Shown here: in pieces, positions 22,274 to 34,217 of the stretch | Position numbering within the stretch: position 1 is the stretch's first letter | Layout: every line of letters starts with the position of its first letter | IMG/VR virus record: IMGVR_UViG_3300005670_000019 | Reading direction: 5' to 3' (one strand) | DNA from: a virus | Taxonomy: Duplodnaviria > Caudoviricetes | Length of the DNA stretch: 64,000 nucleotides | Position numbers and translations under genes: made by a program | The notes under the pieces: model-generated | The model's input: the letters and a program-made list of their open reading frames with translations, nothing else | What the model was told of the DNA's origin: nothing | Database searches by the model: none

Positions 22274-22777
22274 TCATGCGCCGGTCTTGCGACGCGGACG
22301 GGGTGGTGTTGAAGGGGAAGGTTTTTCCTTTTTTTCAGTCTTTTGTTCAAGAGGATTGTCTTCAACAATTGGAAGACGCCTGCGTGGTGCAAGAGGCGGC
22401 GTTTGCATATATCCAGAAGACCCGAAACCTTGTACGGGCAAAGGTGCTGGTTGATTTGTTTCGTTTGTTGTGAGGCTTTGCGTATTCAAATGCTTTGATT
22501 GAATACTGTCAATCATTTTCTTCAATCGAGACTGTTCAGCTTCTACTTGATTTTTCAATTCTAAGAAAGCTGAAATCTCTTTCTTGTCAACTAAGAGGAA
22601 GCCTGTCATCAAAAATATGATGACAGAACAAACCAAGAGAAATAATCCAAATCCTGACAAGGAGCTTTGAGCAAAAATAAATCCTGCCAATGCTGCCATC
22701 ATGTTACTTAGATTGATTTTACTTACCACCTTATCAAAGAGGTTCGAAGCTTTTTGGAAAAAGTCAAGGACTGTCAT
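22274..22777 (-). CDS. Membrane protein with coiled coil and Pro-rich tail
   Basis: Two hydrophobic segments. Confidence 0.55.
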   Translation of the reverse strand: MTVLDFFQKASNLFDKVVSKINLSNMMAALAGFIFAQSSLSGFGLFLLVCSVIIFLMTGFLLVDKKEISAFLELKNQVEAEQSRLKKMIDSIQSKHLNTQSLTTNETNQPAPLPVQGFGSSGYMQTPPLAPRRRLPIVEDNPLEQKTEKKEKPSPSTPPRPRRKTGA

Positions 22778-25700
22778 TGTTCAATCGTACTCCATGATGG
22801 ATTATCATTCAATCGTTCAGAGCCATCAGGAGGCTCTCTGTGGTCATCAAAAGAAGAAGATGAAGATTGGTACCTTCCAAATATCAAAAGCCCCTCGAAG
22901 GCTTTTGATTTATTCTAAAGGTCAATCGAAGATACTTACCTCAAATCCAAAAAGAACAAAGAACTTGTCTCCTTGGGTGTTGTTACTTCTGGTAAAGAAC
23001 CAATTCGGAAACACGTCCTTGTCCCAACTCTCACGGAAAGCCGAAAACGTCAGCCATCGGATATAAAGATTGTCACTTACCCACAAAATCATTGTTCTTC
23101 TCCTTCTGGAATTTCCCTGCCAAAGTAGATAACATGATTAGGAATATCTACGGGACCGCTGCCAACAAGTCGGCATGTTGGACAGGTTGTATAACCCTCA
23201 ATATTTCGAGGGTCAGAGTTACACTCTGGACAAGCATCGAGCTCAAACTCTGCTAGAGTACGAATGCTGTCGGACCACGAATCCAAAATTCGAAGGTCAG
23301 GGCGATTATCCTGAATGAAGATAATCATCATAAGGTGAGGCTTTTCAGGAACGGTTTCCTGGGCGTCTTCTTCATCCATTTCAGCCACCATTGCGACGGA
23401 ATTGTTTGTTGCTGATGTCATAAATGTATCCTTCTTCTTTTATCGGCTCGTCGATGCAGTTTGTAAGATAAAAATCAATTTCTTGCCACTTGCAAGAAAA
23501 GATGAGGGTTGTTGTTTCTGGAGAAAACAGATGAAACTTTGTTGTTGGGTTCTGTCCAACAGCCTCAACAAAGATTTCACTTACAAAGTAAACAGTTTGT
23601 GGATCAAGGTCCTTCCAAAGGACGTAGTCATATTCGTAAGGTGGAGTTTTACTTGAATAAGTTTTATGCTTCGTTTGCATCCACTGCCTGTATTGGAAAG
23701 AGCTTGGATCACATTCTCTTTTCGAACCAAGTATTGCAAGACGCCAGGCGGGCATACGTTGCGTGAATTTCACAAACTTATGCAGAAACTCATTCTGTGC
23801 TGTCTCTTGTAGGTGAATGGTCATTGGAAAACATTTTCAAAACTTCATATTTTGAAGTTAGTTTGACTTCTAAAGCTTCAACTGTTTTACTCAGAGGCAT
23901 ATGCCTCAAAGCATTTAGAAGCGTTTTGATCTCTTCTAATGAGAGTTGAATATCAGTCATCGATGTTTGGTCCAAGCTTCAAGTCTGCATCCGAAATATC
24001 AAAATCGGTCGGCATGAACTGTGGCTTGGAAGAATTCAAAGCCATGCCCGTCGTGCAGAGATAACAAAAATGTTCTGGGTTTGCTGCCCGAACAATTTCT
24101 GCCATTGGCTGTCCCTTGTGTACAGGGCAAAACTCTTTTACGTTCAACTTGCGGTTATTGTCTTTTTCTCTCATGGATCAAAGATAACAGGTTTTGCTGG
24201 AGAAATCAAGGGAAATATCAAGAAGCTGGAGATTGTGGTCTGTTGAGTGGAAGATAACCAATTAGAGAGACTCACAGTGGACATGCAAGGTCAAGAAACA
24301 CAAAAGGACTGGTGTTGTTCCAGTCCTTATCGCTCGTTTATTCTTAGTGTTGGTGGCTCTTACTTTGCCTATTCGTTATCAAACGACGCCGAACCTTTAC
24401 GACATTCGGCAAAGCTTACCACGAATATAGGACCGTCCCTTGAGTTTGAGAACTTCATTATTCTTCGATCAGACTTTCTTTGAACTTCTTGATTTTCTTT
24501 AGAGCCTCAAAGAAATCAATTCCCGGGTGAGATTTGATTTCCAATCCACCTGACTGAATTATCAGTTTACGGCTATCCGCATCCCAAGTACAGTAGTAGG
24601 ACTTTTTATCTTCAATTTTTACGAAGATACTGTCCATTCTTCATCGTCCAACCTTTCGTGAAGCAAGAACGACACGAAGGATTGCACTTTCGTCATTTAG
24701 ACTGTCGCCCCACGTCGGGTCCATCACGCGAATCCGAGCATTCAAAAGCTCGATTGCCTTCTCTTCCTCATCTGTCAGTTCAAGTTCAGACATAGCAATT
24801 TGCTCTGCCGTGTAATTATCCATGAACTTTTGATTACTGTCGGTCATGATGAACCTCCGGCTTTTATGAAGCTAATCTTTTGCCCACAGTCCAGACACTT
24901 CCACTCATGCTCCGTCCCAAGTCTAATGGCTTTGGCAAAAGTGTGGTAATGTGCCCAGGAGTGGGTTCGAATTTTCTTTTCGCGAATGCGCTTAATTTGT
25001 TTATCGTGATTTTGATTTGCCATCAAAATGAATGTTGCCTTCGAGGGCTTTCCCGCGGAGGTTTGCGCAGGAATAGGAGAATTTTCAATCTCCCGAATAA
25101 GCTTCAGTTTCTTCGCTTCAAGAAACTTTTCGGCGACTTCCAAGTCGCAATCTTCTTTTCCAACAAGAAAGTTTAGTGCCTGGAAGAGGAAAATGAAGGT
25201 ATTTTCCTGAAAAGTCTCTGCAACTTCTCTAAGTTGCAAGACTTGAAATTCGTTGGCATCCGAAATCTTCGATTCCTTGAGGACGTTCTCAACGAGCTGC
25301 CTAAAGGATTGTTTGTCGAAGGTGAATTTATCGTATAGCGTGTACTGCCTTGTATGCTCCATACTTCTTCTCAATGTCGGACTGTGCAGTCCTTCCACCA
25401 TCCGCAACAAATCGTCCCATGCACCTCTCGGACCGTCACCGTGCCATCAGCATTGACAACGTTGCGCTTTGCTCGAAAATGGCTCTTGAAGGTGTCGTCG
25501 TCGCTACATGAGAAAGGTGCCCAATCTTCAACCACCACGTCATGAAAACCTTCGTCTCCAAGAACGTCTTCGGCATCCGATTGGCTGACCTGACAACCAA
25601 TCGACGAAAGAAATACGAGGCTCAAGACAAGCAAAAGGTTCAAAACCATTTGCGAAACAAGAAAAGTTCTGTTCTTCATCATTGTCTTTCCGTGAGAAGT

Positions 25701-26959
25701 TTCTTCACTTTTTTGACCCTGGGTGAGCCCGAGCCACCTTTTGTAGAAACCCCTTCTCAAGGAGGAGGAAATCTACGGGATCAAGCTTCGCCATCCTCAG
25801 AGCGATTTCTGATTCAATGTTCTCGATCACTTCGATCTTGAGAGTCGACCAAGCATCCACCTTCTTTTCTGCTTCGTATCGATCGAAGGAAACGAAAAGA
25901 ACCTTTCCTCCCTCGTATATGGGGGCGCCACGTCCCTTGCCACCACCAGGCAAAGATACAACCTTGTAGATGATTTTATCGGTCATCCCTCACTCCTTGT
26001 TTTGAGGGGATTTCTCGAAGAGCAACTTCGCTGCCTTCAAGCGCCAATGAAACTTCTTTTCCTCAGAAGCTCGCGCCCAGGCATCAGCCCCATAAAGGTT
26101 CTTGTCTGCATCCCCTGCCAGGTTCGCGGCAATCGTTTCTAGACCCTCCAGACGCGACGCCGGAACAAGCGTCCATTGAAAGTCATGAGTGTAATGACGC
26201 GTCTTACATCCCTCGCATACAACATACTGCATGCTTCGCTCACGCGGGTCACTGCTATCAACCTCGCTCCACTTCACGTCATGTTCTTGCACGATGTAGG
26301 TGCATCCACATGTCGAGCACTGCCACAAGCAAGCCTTGACCTTCCGAACCGAAAAATCCTGTCCCAAGAACTTCATGTCACTTTCCCTTCTTCTTGCCGA
26401 GGCTTTGAACGCGCTTCAACAGCATTCGCAACTGGATCTCAACCTCACGAGCCTTCGTACACATGCCAGAAAAATAGTCGTCGTCTGGATACCGTTCGCT
26501 TCCGATCGTGAACAGCTCCGACTTGAGCTTTTCGACTCCGGTTTCCAACATTTCGTACTTTTCCTTGAGGAGACGAAGCTCCTCACGAAGCTCGGCAGCC
26601 TCATGGCTTGCGTAGATGAAATCGCTACTCATACTTCCTCCACAGAAATGAAAGAGCCCTTCGGGAGAGCACGAACCTGCTTGAAGAACGCGACGCCCTC
26701 GTCGCTGCATCCGTAGTGAAAAGCCGTGTCCAACCGCGACATGAACCATTCTCGCGTAATCAGACAACCCTTGACACTTCCGAGGATCGCTTTGATCGTC
26801 TCTTGCGTCGCACGATGCACTGGCATCAAAGGAAGCTCCACAATGTTTACTGTCCGTTGCATGATGCGTCACCTTGGTTACTTGCGTTCCCTCTTTTCTG
26901 GTCCCAAGTCAACTTCGCTCGACCAGTAGTCTAGTCCCGCTCAGAGTGCTTGGAGCCAG

Positions 26960-27000
26960 AAAAGAAGGGTGGTGCTTTCTTAGCAATGCACCACCACTTC
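26960..27000 (-). terminator. Intrinsic terminator
   Basis: GGTGGTGC...GCACCACC followed by CTTCTTTT. Confidence 0.7.
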
Positions 27001-27245
27001 CCATCTCAATTTTTATCTTTAGTTTTTTTGTAAGCGGCTGCTCACCGCTCAGCAATCATCAGCTCGAATCAGGTTCATTATCATTACCTCTGTTCACTAC
27101 GCCTAGGGTCAATTCACACTCACAAAAAGACATTCACAAAGCTTAGCTCGGACCGTCTCGGATCATGTCAGATCCCCTTATGCTAGTACGATGTTCGGTG
27201 ACTTATGAACCGGAAGAGAGGAGAGGAGAAGAAGGTGAGCCAGGC

Positions 27246-27692
27246 TCACTCCGCGCTGACGCGGTTCTCCTTGCGGCGCATGTCCTTCTCCGTGCGAAGG
27301 GTGCGCGTCTTGTTGCCGTGGTTGCCCGTGCCGCAGCCGAGGTTCGTCAGGGGACGACCGCTCTGCACCGCCTTGAGCACGCTCACGAGCGTACGCTCGA
27401 AACGACGGTCGAGAGCCGCGTTGTAGAAGACCGACTTGCCGGTCGCCGTGCCACCCCAAGAGACGAGCTGGAGACTGTCGGCGGACGCACCCGCGTCCGA
27501 AAGAGCCTGAGCGAGTCGCTGACGAGCGACGTCCTCACCGAGAGCCGGACGACCGAGACGCGACTTGACGCTGTCGACGCCCTGGTTGAAAGCGTTGCGG
27601 ATCAGACCCGCGACCTGGCGCTTGGAGTAGGACTCCTGCTCGCCCTTGATGACGTTGACGATGAGGGTTTCGAGGATGGAATTCGTGGACAT
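27246..27692 (-). CDS. GC-rich, probably highly expressed early protein
   Basis: Strong G/C third-position bias; A/C-rich leader; own promoter. Confidence 0.7.
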   Translation of the reverse strand: MSTNSILETLIVNVIKGEQESYSKRQVAGLIRNAFNQGVDSVKSRLGRPALGEDVARQRLAQALSDAGASADSLQLVSWGGTATGKSVFYNAALDRRFERTLVSVLKAVQSGRPLTNLGCGTGNHGNKTRTLRTEKDMRRKENRVSAE

Positions 27693-27821
27693 GTTTTTAC
27701 CTGTTTTTCTGTTCTGTTGTTGTTGTAGTTGAGTTTTGTCGGTTTTTCGTCTCGACGGCGACGGGGCGTTTGGTTGCCCAACTGGTTCAAGGAACCTCTT
27801 CGTTCCCCTCACCATGTATTC

Positions 27822-27850
27822 ACTATAACCGACCCGGCAGGCATTTTCAA
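27822..27850 (-). promoter_or_regulatory. Sigma70-type promoter
   Basis: TTGAAA-N17-TATAGT. Confidence 0.8.
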
Positions 27851-28028
27851 GTAATGGGGTCATCTTTTTTTCTTTTTCGCTAACCCCTTGATTATATTGG
27901 CATTTTGGGTTTCTAGCGTTACTTCCATGAAGGTGTGCCTAAAGGGCACACAATATTGCCGGGTCGTATTCAGTTTTCAGGAGACTTTGGGTTCCGGGCT
28001 TTCCTTCGCCCCGTTCCCTTATGCTCTC

Positions 28029-28057
28029 AATATAGCAGGACCCTACCCGGTTTTCAA
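28029..28057 (-). promoter_or_regulatory. Sigma70-type promoter
   Basis: TTGAAA-N17-TATATT with extended TG. Confidence 0.75.
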
Positions 28058-28201
28058 GAAATACCCCAAAATTTTCTAAGTGCCCGAAATTGTTAGCGTT
28101 TCTGGAAGTGGAAAGCTTCATGAACGTTGACTTGGGACGCATTAGGTTTGGAGGCATTATCATGCGTGATACACCCCATAAATTACAGGGAAAATTGAAT
28201 G

Positions 28202-28229
28202 AAAAAACCCCGGATTTACCGGGGGTTTT
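28202..28229. terminator. Intrinsic terminator
   Basis: AAAAAACCCCGG-ATTTA-CCGGGGGTTTT. Confidence 0.75.
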
Positions 28230-28354
28230 CGAAAGGTTTTCATGTCATTTTCTTCGAGTTTTGAAGAGGTCGATTCGACAGGGGTATTTACAGTCAGACT
28301 GTATTCTAATGTCAACGTAATTCCAAACTCACTGTAATTCTAGTGCTAGAGGAA

Positions 28355-29131
28355 TTACATTCCTGCTGTAATTTGTCTCCATCGCTCTAGAAGCATCTTT
28401 GCATATATCGTACTTGATACTCCATAGTTTCCTAGTGCATATGCATCGTTTACTTCAACAAGAAGAGTTTTTCCGTCCGAAACGCCAACATCCAGGCTAT
28501 AAGCCACGATCGATTCATGGTCGTTCATGTTTTGAACCATGTTTTCGACAACTTCCCTATCAGGCACAAGAAATGGATTTCCATTGTAGTGCTTGATTGC
28601 TTCAAGCCGTCCATTCAAAATGTAGCAACGATATTCAGTTTCAAACTTGACTGGAGTTGAAATCCAAACAGGAAAATCTCCATCAATAGAGCCGAGCGTT
28701 ATGAGGTCTTTGAAAGACCGGAATACTTTTCCTGTCCAACTTTTTTGAGGAACGGGCTTGATAAAGAGCGGGTTTGGAAACCCATTCTTTTCATCTTCTT
28801 GACCGAGCAATTTCCATGCTTTACTAAAGGTCGTTTTTTGGACTTTTCTTCCAAGAAAGGAACGCAAACATTTTGGATAGTCAAATGGTTCGGGTGGGAT
28901 TTTTCCTTGTTGTTCAATTGCTAGTCGAACAACAGGAATGTTGCCGACAAAAAGATCGCCCTCATTTATTTTCAGTTTTTGCTGGAGAATATCAGAAACC
29001 AGAAAAGGTTTCCATTGATGCCCAAGGTCAATTAAACCTTCAAGGGCTGCATAAATATTTCTATTTAGAGGCAGCCCTTTGTCCGAAAACTGAATATATG
29101 CGATTGGATCATTGCCAGTCATAGGTGACAT
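28355..29131 (-). CDS. ATP-grasp protein (R2K/DUF4343-like)
   Basis: DYP, FIKP, EYRCYI, YSLDVG and LVEVND motifs. Confidence 0.8.
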   Translation of the reverse strand: MSPMTGNDPIAYIQFSDKGLPLNRNIYAALEGLIDLGHQWKPFLVSDILQQKLKINEGDLFVGNIPVVRLAIEQQGKIPPEPFDYPKCLRSFLGRKVQKTTFSKAWKLLGQEDEKNGFPNPLFIKPVPQKSWTGKVFRSFKDLITLGSIDGDFPVWISTPVKFETEYRCYILNGRLEAIKHYNGNPFLVPDREVVENMVQNMNDHESIVAYSLDVGVSDGKTLLVEVNDAYALGNYGVSSTIYAKMLLERWRQITAGM

Positions 29132-29504
29132 TTTTTCTTATTCCATTCGGATCGACATATTCCATATCTACCCTTTCGGAATAATAACCGTTCGATGCTC
29201 CAAGCCATCGCATCGTCACCACACCATTTTGCGTTCGAAGATGATAGAAAGTCCATGTTCCGGACTCTCCGATTTCCTCTCCTGCTTCCTCGGAAATGCA
29301 GTCGAAAGAAATAACCTTTCCAGTTATTTCTCCAAAGAGTTCATAATCTGAAAGAGAAACGGATTCGCAACAATCCTGTTCATGGTAAAATACCAGTTCG
29401 CCGCCGTCAGCAAAGTTGAGAACGACTCGGTCAGAACCTTCTTTAAGTCCATCAACCGAGACAATTACTGAACCAACTATGTCAAATTTCGTGTCTGTGC
29501 TCAT
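29109..29504 (-). CDS. Hypothetical phage protein
   Basis: FYHEQDCCESV and SNGYYS motifs; leaderless start after a promoter. Confidence 0.6.
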   Translation of the reverse strand: MSTDTKFDIVGSVIVSVDGLKEGSDRVVLNFADGGELVFYHEQDCCESVSLSDYELFGEITGKVISFDCISEEAGEEIGESGTWTFYHLRTQNGVVTMRWLGASNGYYSERVDMEYVDPNGIRKNVTYDWQ

Positions 29505-30260
29505 ATCTCCAATGTAACCTATCAAGTGCGGGATTTCAAACGATTCGCTCCAACCACTTGCCAAAACAAAATTCGAAGGTCTTGAATGTCATGGACACTT
29601 GAAGGCTCACAGGTGAATGCCTTGTCCTTGATCTCAAAAAGTAGATCCTTTTCCATTTGATTAAATGGAAAATCTTGCTTTGAAATCCAATCAGCCAAAG
29701 CAAAACTTGAAGTAAAGAGAGGGTTTGGATGATCGAGTGATGACTTAGGATGCAAAGGATCCATACATTCAACTCTCTTTCACAAAGAGAAGAAACCACA
29801 AGAGTTTAGAAGGGTCGATAATTGGGAGAAAGACATTCTCAACGCTGCACAAAAGCTTTTGTGCGTCATGACCGTGATTTTTGGCAATCTTATCAGCTTC
29901 AAGAATGTTTTCGGCAGTGCAAACAAAGACCACGTTCTTCCATTGAAGAACGGGTGAAGCGTTCAGGTTTGAAGAGCTGTGCGGATAAGAAATCCCCGGC
30001 TGCCGATAGAAGTAAATCTTCATCGAAGATGATGAATGAAAATCCATGGTACATTACCGATAAGGTCCACTTGGAGACTCGAAAGCGTCACCATTTTTTT
30101 GGTTCGATCCACTTCTCGAAAAAGGCGATTACATCGTAAGGACGGGTAGGATTATGCATGGAGACTACTGATACAAGTCTCCATCCATCCTTTGCTTGTT
30201 CGTTTGCTTCTCTTGCAACTTGATAGAAAGGAAGCTGTCGTTCGTCATAAACGTAAGGCA

Positions 30261-30902
30261 TCAGTCTCTTTCACTAAAACCGTTGAACTTCACAGGCTTA
30301 TTTAGCCAGTGTTCGTCAGTTTGAACGTGCTTTGGACGAACCCACTTTGCACAAAAAACTCCGAAGTTTTCATACGAAAACCTCTCACTTCGACGAACAA
30401 CATAACCCTCTTGCTTAGAAAGGTCAAGTTTTTCATGAAGCGTCATCATCGTGGTTTCATCCCACAATCCCCGATAAAGAACAGGAACGTGCTGGAGATC
30501 AAGCAACGAACACCATTCCACGGTTTCGTCCCATGAAAGACACTCGTTCTTCTCATTCCAGATCGAGAAGACCATGAAGAAGCTCGGAAGCTTTTCGTAT
30601 TCGATGGAATGAACAGCGGCAATATTCTCGCCACAAACTCGCCAACCTTCCGGAATGTCCTTTGCTACACGAGCGTGCAGGCGTCGGACGAAGGTGCGTG
30701 AAGGATGCTTTGCAAGCGTTTCAACAGCGCGTGCATGAAGATGGTCGTGGTAAAGCGAAGTATTTTCGCCATCCATCTTTTCCGTTACCACCACGTCCTG
30801 ACCAACAAAATGAGAAAGGTCGTAAAGAAACCGATCATCACTTTGCGTCCCTGGCGACCAAGGAACGTGATAGGTTCGTGGATATTTTACTGAGACTGTC
30901 AT
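30261..30902 (-). CDS. RNA ligase family protein
   Basis: KYPRTYHVPWSPG, TEKMDGEN, EGYVVR and AKWVR. Confidence 0.85.
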   Translation of the reverse strand: MTVSVKYPRTYHVPWSPGTQSDDRFLYDLSHFVGQDVVVTEKMDGENTSLYHDHLHARAVETLAKHPSRTFVRRLHARVAKDIPEGWRVCGENIAAVHSIEYEKLPSFFMVFSIWNEKNECLSWDETVEWCSLLDLQHVPVLYRGLWDETTMMTLHEKLDLSKQEGYVVRRSERFSYENFGVFCAKWVRPKHVQTDEHWLNKPVKFNGFSERD

Positions 30903-31384
30903 TGTTTTATCCACTTGAAAAAACAAACCAAACCCTGACCAATCAGGGTTCGAATTCGAACGGCATCATCTATACCAAAAGCGTTTGGAAAATCCAAAGG
31001 ATGCGAATGCATCCGATACTGATTTCGGATCCTCCAAAGTTTCTTTTGGTTTGGAATGTGCGTTTTCATCACTTGAAGTACAGATGCGAAACGGTGTCTC
31101 GATCTGCACCCTTGTATCCAAGGCGGAAGTAGTGGAAACGGAAAACCTTTCCGTTCTGAAAGACCTGAAACTCCTCCGGTCCGCAACACGGACAGGCAGT
31201 GTAGACATAGGTCTGCACGTTGTGCGTCTTGAGCTTTTGCTCAAGCTCCACGGCAAAACCACCGCGAACGACACTTCGAGCAACGACCTGAGCGGTCATG
31301 AAATCCATTCCGTCCCGACGAAGCTCCTTCGCGAAACGCTGCACCTGGCGCTTTAGAGTTGCCATCTATTCACCTCGTATTTAT

Positions 31385-31413
31385 AGACTACCATAGCACG
31401 AGGTGATTTTCAA
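31385..31413 (-). promoter_or_regulatory. Sigma70-type promoter
   Basis: TTGAAA-N17-TAGTCT with extended TG. Confidence 0.7.
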
Positions 31414-32483
31414 GAAATAGCTGTCGATTTTCTAAGTGCTTGATTTCGTTGAGTTTTTCAACTGCTTTTCTAGGCAGAAACCACACACGTATTCGTAGCA
31501 AATTCCGGACAAATGGTGCCCGCAATTGGTACAGTTATTGCTTTCGGGGTCCCTGTAGCAATTTTGACACACATCACTGTCAAGTCCCGAAATGGGGACG
31601 TCGCAAGCAATGCATGTCCTTATTTGGTGACTGTTCATTTGTCAGAAACCTTCGGACAAAATCTATCCATACAGTTCAAGTAGCTATTCATGGCATACCA
31701 TGAATTCTTTTCGACGATTTCCAAAAACTGTCCAGCATACCATCGAACAGTTTTATCGTCACCCTCTTTCATGTCTTCACCAACAAAACAATTAGTTGCA
31801 AGTCCTTCTTCTTCAAGAAGTTCTTTTATCCTAAAGTAGGCTGTCTGTGCTTCACGCACATCACCATTTTCTACCTTGATAAGGATCGAGCGAAGCTTCT
31901 TACGAAACTCAAGGTTCTGTTCTGGTGTTTTTGTTTCAAATACATTCATCGATATGGACCATTGAAAATGGTTTGTTTAGTTGCTTTGGTTGAAAAGAGA
32001 TTTCTTTCGATTCTTTTTAGCTTCAATAGAAGCTTGGCTTTGAAAGATAACTTTCTGCTTATTGGTTTTAGCCAATACCAACGCTGTTCCGGGTTGTCTT
32101 TGTAAAAGGCAACACAGTGCTTTCGCATTGGTTCAGTGAAGTTTTTTTCAATATCAAATGCCATATGTTCGCCTTTTTGAAATCGAAACATAATTTCTTC
32201 GGCTTCAATGGCTAAAAGCTTTTCATCGAAAGCCTCATGAAGCTCGTAGATTATGTCTTCAAGGTCATTCATGACTTTTTAGAATCAAACATGCAATACA
32301 CGAACATATAGACAAGAACTACAAAGTAGAAAAATGATAGAAAAAATGCTGTTTTTGCAGTGCCAGCAAAAGTAAGCAATCCAAGATCGGTGCCTAGCGA
32401 CATGCAAAGAGCCATTGCTGTCATAAAAATGAAAACTTGGAGCATTCTTTGAAAGATTGCAGTCTGCGTTTCAAGATTCTTAC

Positions 32484-32909
32484 TCATTTCTTCTTTCCTT
32501 TTCCAGAACAGGTTCGTGCGTTGTGTCCGCTTTCGCCACACTTGCCACACTTTCTTTCTGCCTTTTCTTTCTTCACAACCTTAGAAACTTTTTGAACAGT
32601 TCCATCCGCCTGAGTCTCTTCAACTTCTTGAAGGTTCTCTCGTCCAGCCGCCGCGAACGTTGCTGAATTCCAAACAACAGGACCAGCAATCCCCCAAGAT
32701 TCCTTGAGTTTTTCTTGCTCTTCCTTAGTCATGCGATCCCACGGATGGTGGGTTTTCATTTCATGAATACGTTTCTGTCTTCGTTCTTCTTCTTTTACAT
32801 CACGACACTTTGCTGAACAATAAAGGAAGAAGTTTCCTTTCATTTGCTCTTCAAGCTCGGGAACGACTTCGTTGCAATGATTGCATCTTGTATAGGAAAG
32901 CATAATCAA
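32484..32909 (-). CDS. Zn-finger protein with C-terminal CCHC knuckle
   Basis: CNHC...YCSAKC and RKCGKCGESGHNARTC. Confidence 0.65.
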   Translation of the reverse strand: MIMLSYTRCNHCNEVVPELEEQMKGNFFLYCSAKCRDVKEEERRQKRIHEMKTHHPWDRMTKEEQEKLKESWGIAGPVVWNSATFAAAGRENLQEVEETQADGTVQKVSKVVKKEKAERKCGKCGESGHNARTCSGKGKKK

Positions 32910-33202
32910 CCAAAATGAGCTTCGACAATAACTCCGTTATCCATGGAGCCGTCTACAACGATGTACTTATATTCAACACCATTATGAATTCTAGTTTCTT
33001 CCTTGAAGGACAAACTATCTTCACTAAGCTTGACGTTGAGGCGAGTGGGTTGGAAATCCCGAGTCAAGACCATCCTTACCTTTCCTGCCTGATAAACACG
33101 AACCCAAGAAATTTCTTGTTTGACTTGAGCAAGTGTCATTCCGATAAATCGTGAAGTGTCAGGAGGTGTTGGAGATTGAAATGTATCGTTATCGTCAGTC
33201 AT
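32906..33202 (-). CDS. Peptidase inhibitor I78-like protein
   Basis: FIGMT...VLTRDFQPTRLNV. Confidence 0.5.
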   Translation of the reverse strand: MTDDNDTFQSPTPPDTSRFIGMTLAQVKQEISWVRVYQAGKVRMVLTRDFQPTRLNVKLSEDSLSFKEETRIHNGVEYKYIVVDGSMDNGVIVEAHFG

Positions 33203-33570
33203 TTACTTTCCTTTGAATTGGAGCCTTATAACACATAAAAATCGGATTTTAAACTATTTGCTTCATTTTCTGTTAGCTCTAAGAGAAAATATCTATTACC
33301 TTTAGAGCCTAGACTTTTGTATTCATCGCTAATGATGCTAATCACGGCATAATGAATTACAGTATGACCTTCAAGTCTGAACACTTTAATAGCCCTGTCG
33401 TTTTCTTTTAAATTTTCAAACGAAATAGGCTTCATTAAACTAAGCATCGATTCACATTCATCGGCTGACAACATCAACTCTTCTAACATTTTTGCAACAC
33501 TATTATCAATTTTTCTCATTTGAAAAATTCTTTTTGCAAAATTCATTTACTTTCCTTTGAATTGGAGCCT
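33199..33570. repeat. 28 bp direct repeat (33199-33226 and 33543-33570) flanking ORF 33226-33546
   Basis: TCATTTACTTTCCTTTGAATTGGAGCCT occurs twice; on the minus strand it is a tRNA 3' end, an RBS and an ATG. Confidence 0.9.
33226..33546 (-). CDS. AT-rich hypothetical protein between direct repeats
   Basis: ORF track; RBS and ATG lie within the repeat. Confidence 0.6.
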   Translation of the reverse strand: MNFAKRIFQMRKIDNSVAKMLEELMLSADECESMLSLMKPISFENLKENDRAIKVFRLEGHTVIHYAVISIISDEYKSLGSKGNRYFLLELTENEANSLKSDFYVL

Positions 33571-33588
33571 CCCACGGGATTTGAACCC
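33563..33588 (-). pseudogene. 3' half of a split Thr-like tRNA
   Basis: GGGTTCAAATCCCGT-GGGAGGC-T-CCA; acceptor strand complementary to GCCTCTC at 34217. Confidence 0.8.
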
Positions 33589-33616
33589 TTGCAAGGACTA
33601 CGTTTTCTGAATCTCT

Positions 33617-33691
33617 TGGAGCCCGCGACTGGAATCGAACCAGCTCTCTCCTTATTACAAGTAAGGTGCATGACCATTGTGCTTCGCGGGC
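33617..33691 (-). tRNA. tRNA-Thr(UGU)
   Basis: CCTTA-CT-TGT-AA-TAAGG; CCA encoded. Confidence 0.92.
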
Positions 33692-34155
33692 GCATCTTCA
33701 AAACCTTTGTTTCCTTTGCGAAATCTCTTAGAGGTTTTCTCCCCTCCTTTTCTTCCCCAATTCCGGAAATTGGGCGTTAGAGCATGGCAATTCGGACAAA
33801 GAACTCTCAGATTTTGACGCTGGTTATTTGTGTGGTCGCCATCTATATGATCGATTTCCAATATCGATCCACCACATGCTCTTGTCTTGCAAAAGCCACA
33901 TTGAGAACACTTGAACTCACTTTCTGCCAAGAGACGCTGACGTCTCTTTTCGCGACTAAGTTGTTCGAATGGAACAGTTTCCCACTTTACATCAGTCCAC
34001 TGATTGGACGCGGCGCCCCTTCTCTTGCGCATTGCTTCATAAAATGCGTCAGACTTAGGAGGTGGCTCTTTTCTATCCGGATTGCTTTTGCAGAAAGTTT
34101 GATGATATCCTATACCCCTCTTGGAGAATTCGTTGTTGCAATATTGACATTTCAT
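33655..34155 (-). CDS. HNH endonuclease; stop codon inside tRNA-Thr
   Basis: LEIDHIDGDHTNNQRQNLRVLCPNCH. Confidence 0.9.
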   Translation of the reverse strand: MKCQYCNNEFSKRGIGYHQTFCKSNPDRKEPPPKSDAFYEAMRKRRGAASNQWTDVKWETVPFEQLSREKRRQRLLAESEFKCSQCGFCKTRACGGSILEIDHIDGDHTNNQRQNLRVLCPNCHALTPNFRNWGRKGGEKTSKRFRKGNKGFEDAPAKHNGHAPYL

Positions 34156-34187
34156 GACACTAACTATGGCAGAGCAAGGATACTTCT

Positions 34188-34217
34188 ACCGTTGCTCTAC
34201 CGTTGAGCTAGAGAGGC
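34188..34217 (-). pseudogene. 5' half of a split Thr-like tRNA
   Basis: GCCTCTC-TA-GCTC-AACGGTA-GAGC-A-ACGGT, then the sequence diverges; promoter at 34235-34263. Confidence 0.8.
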
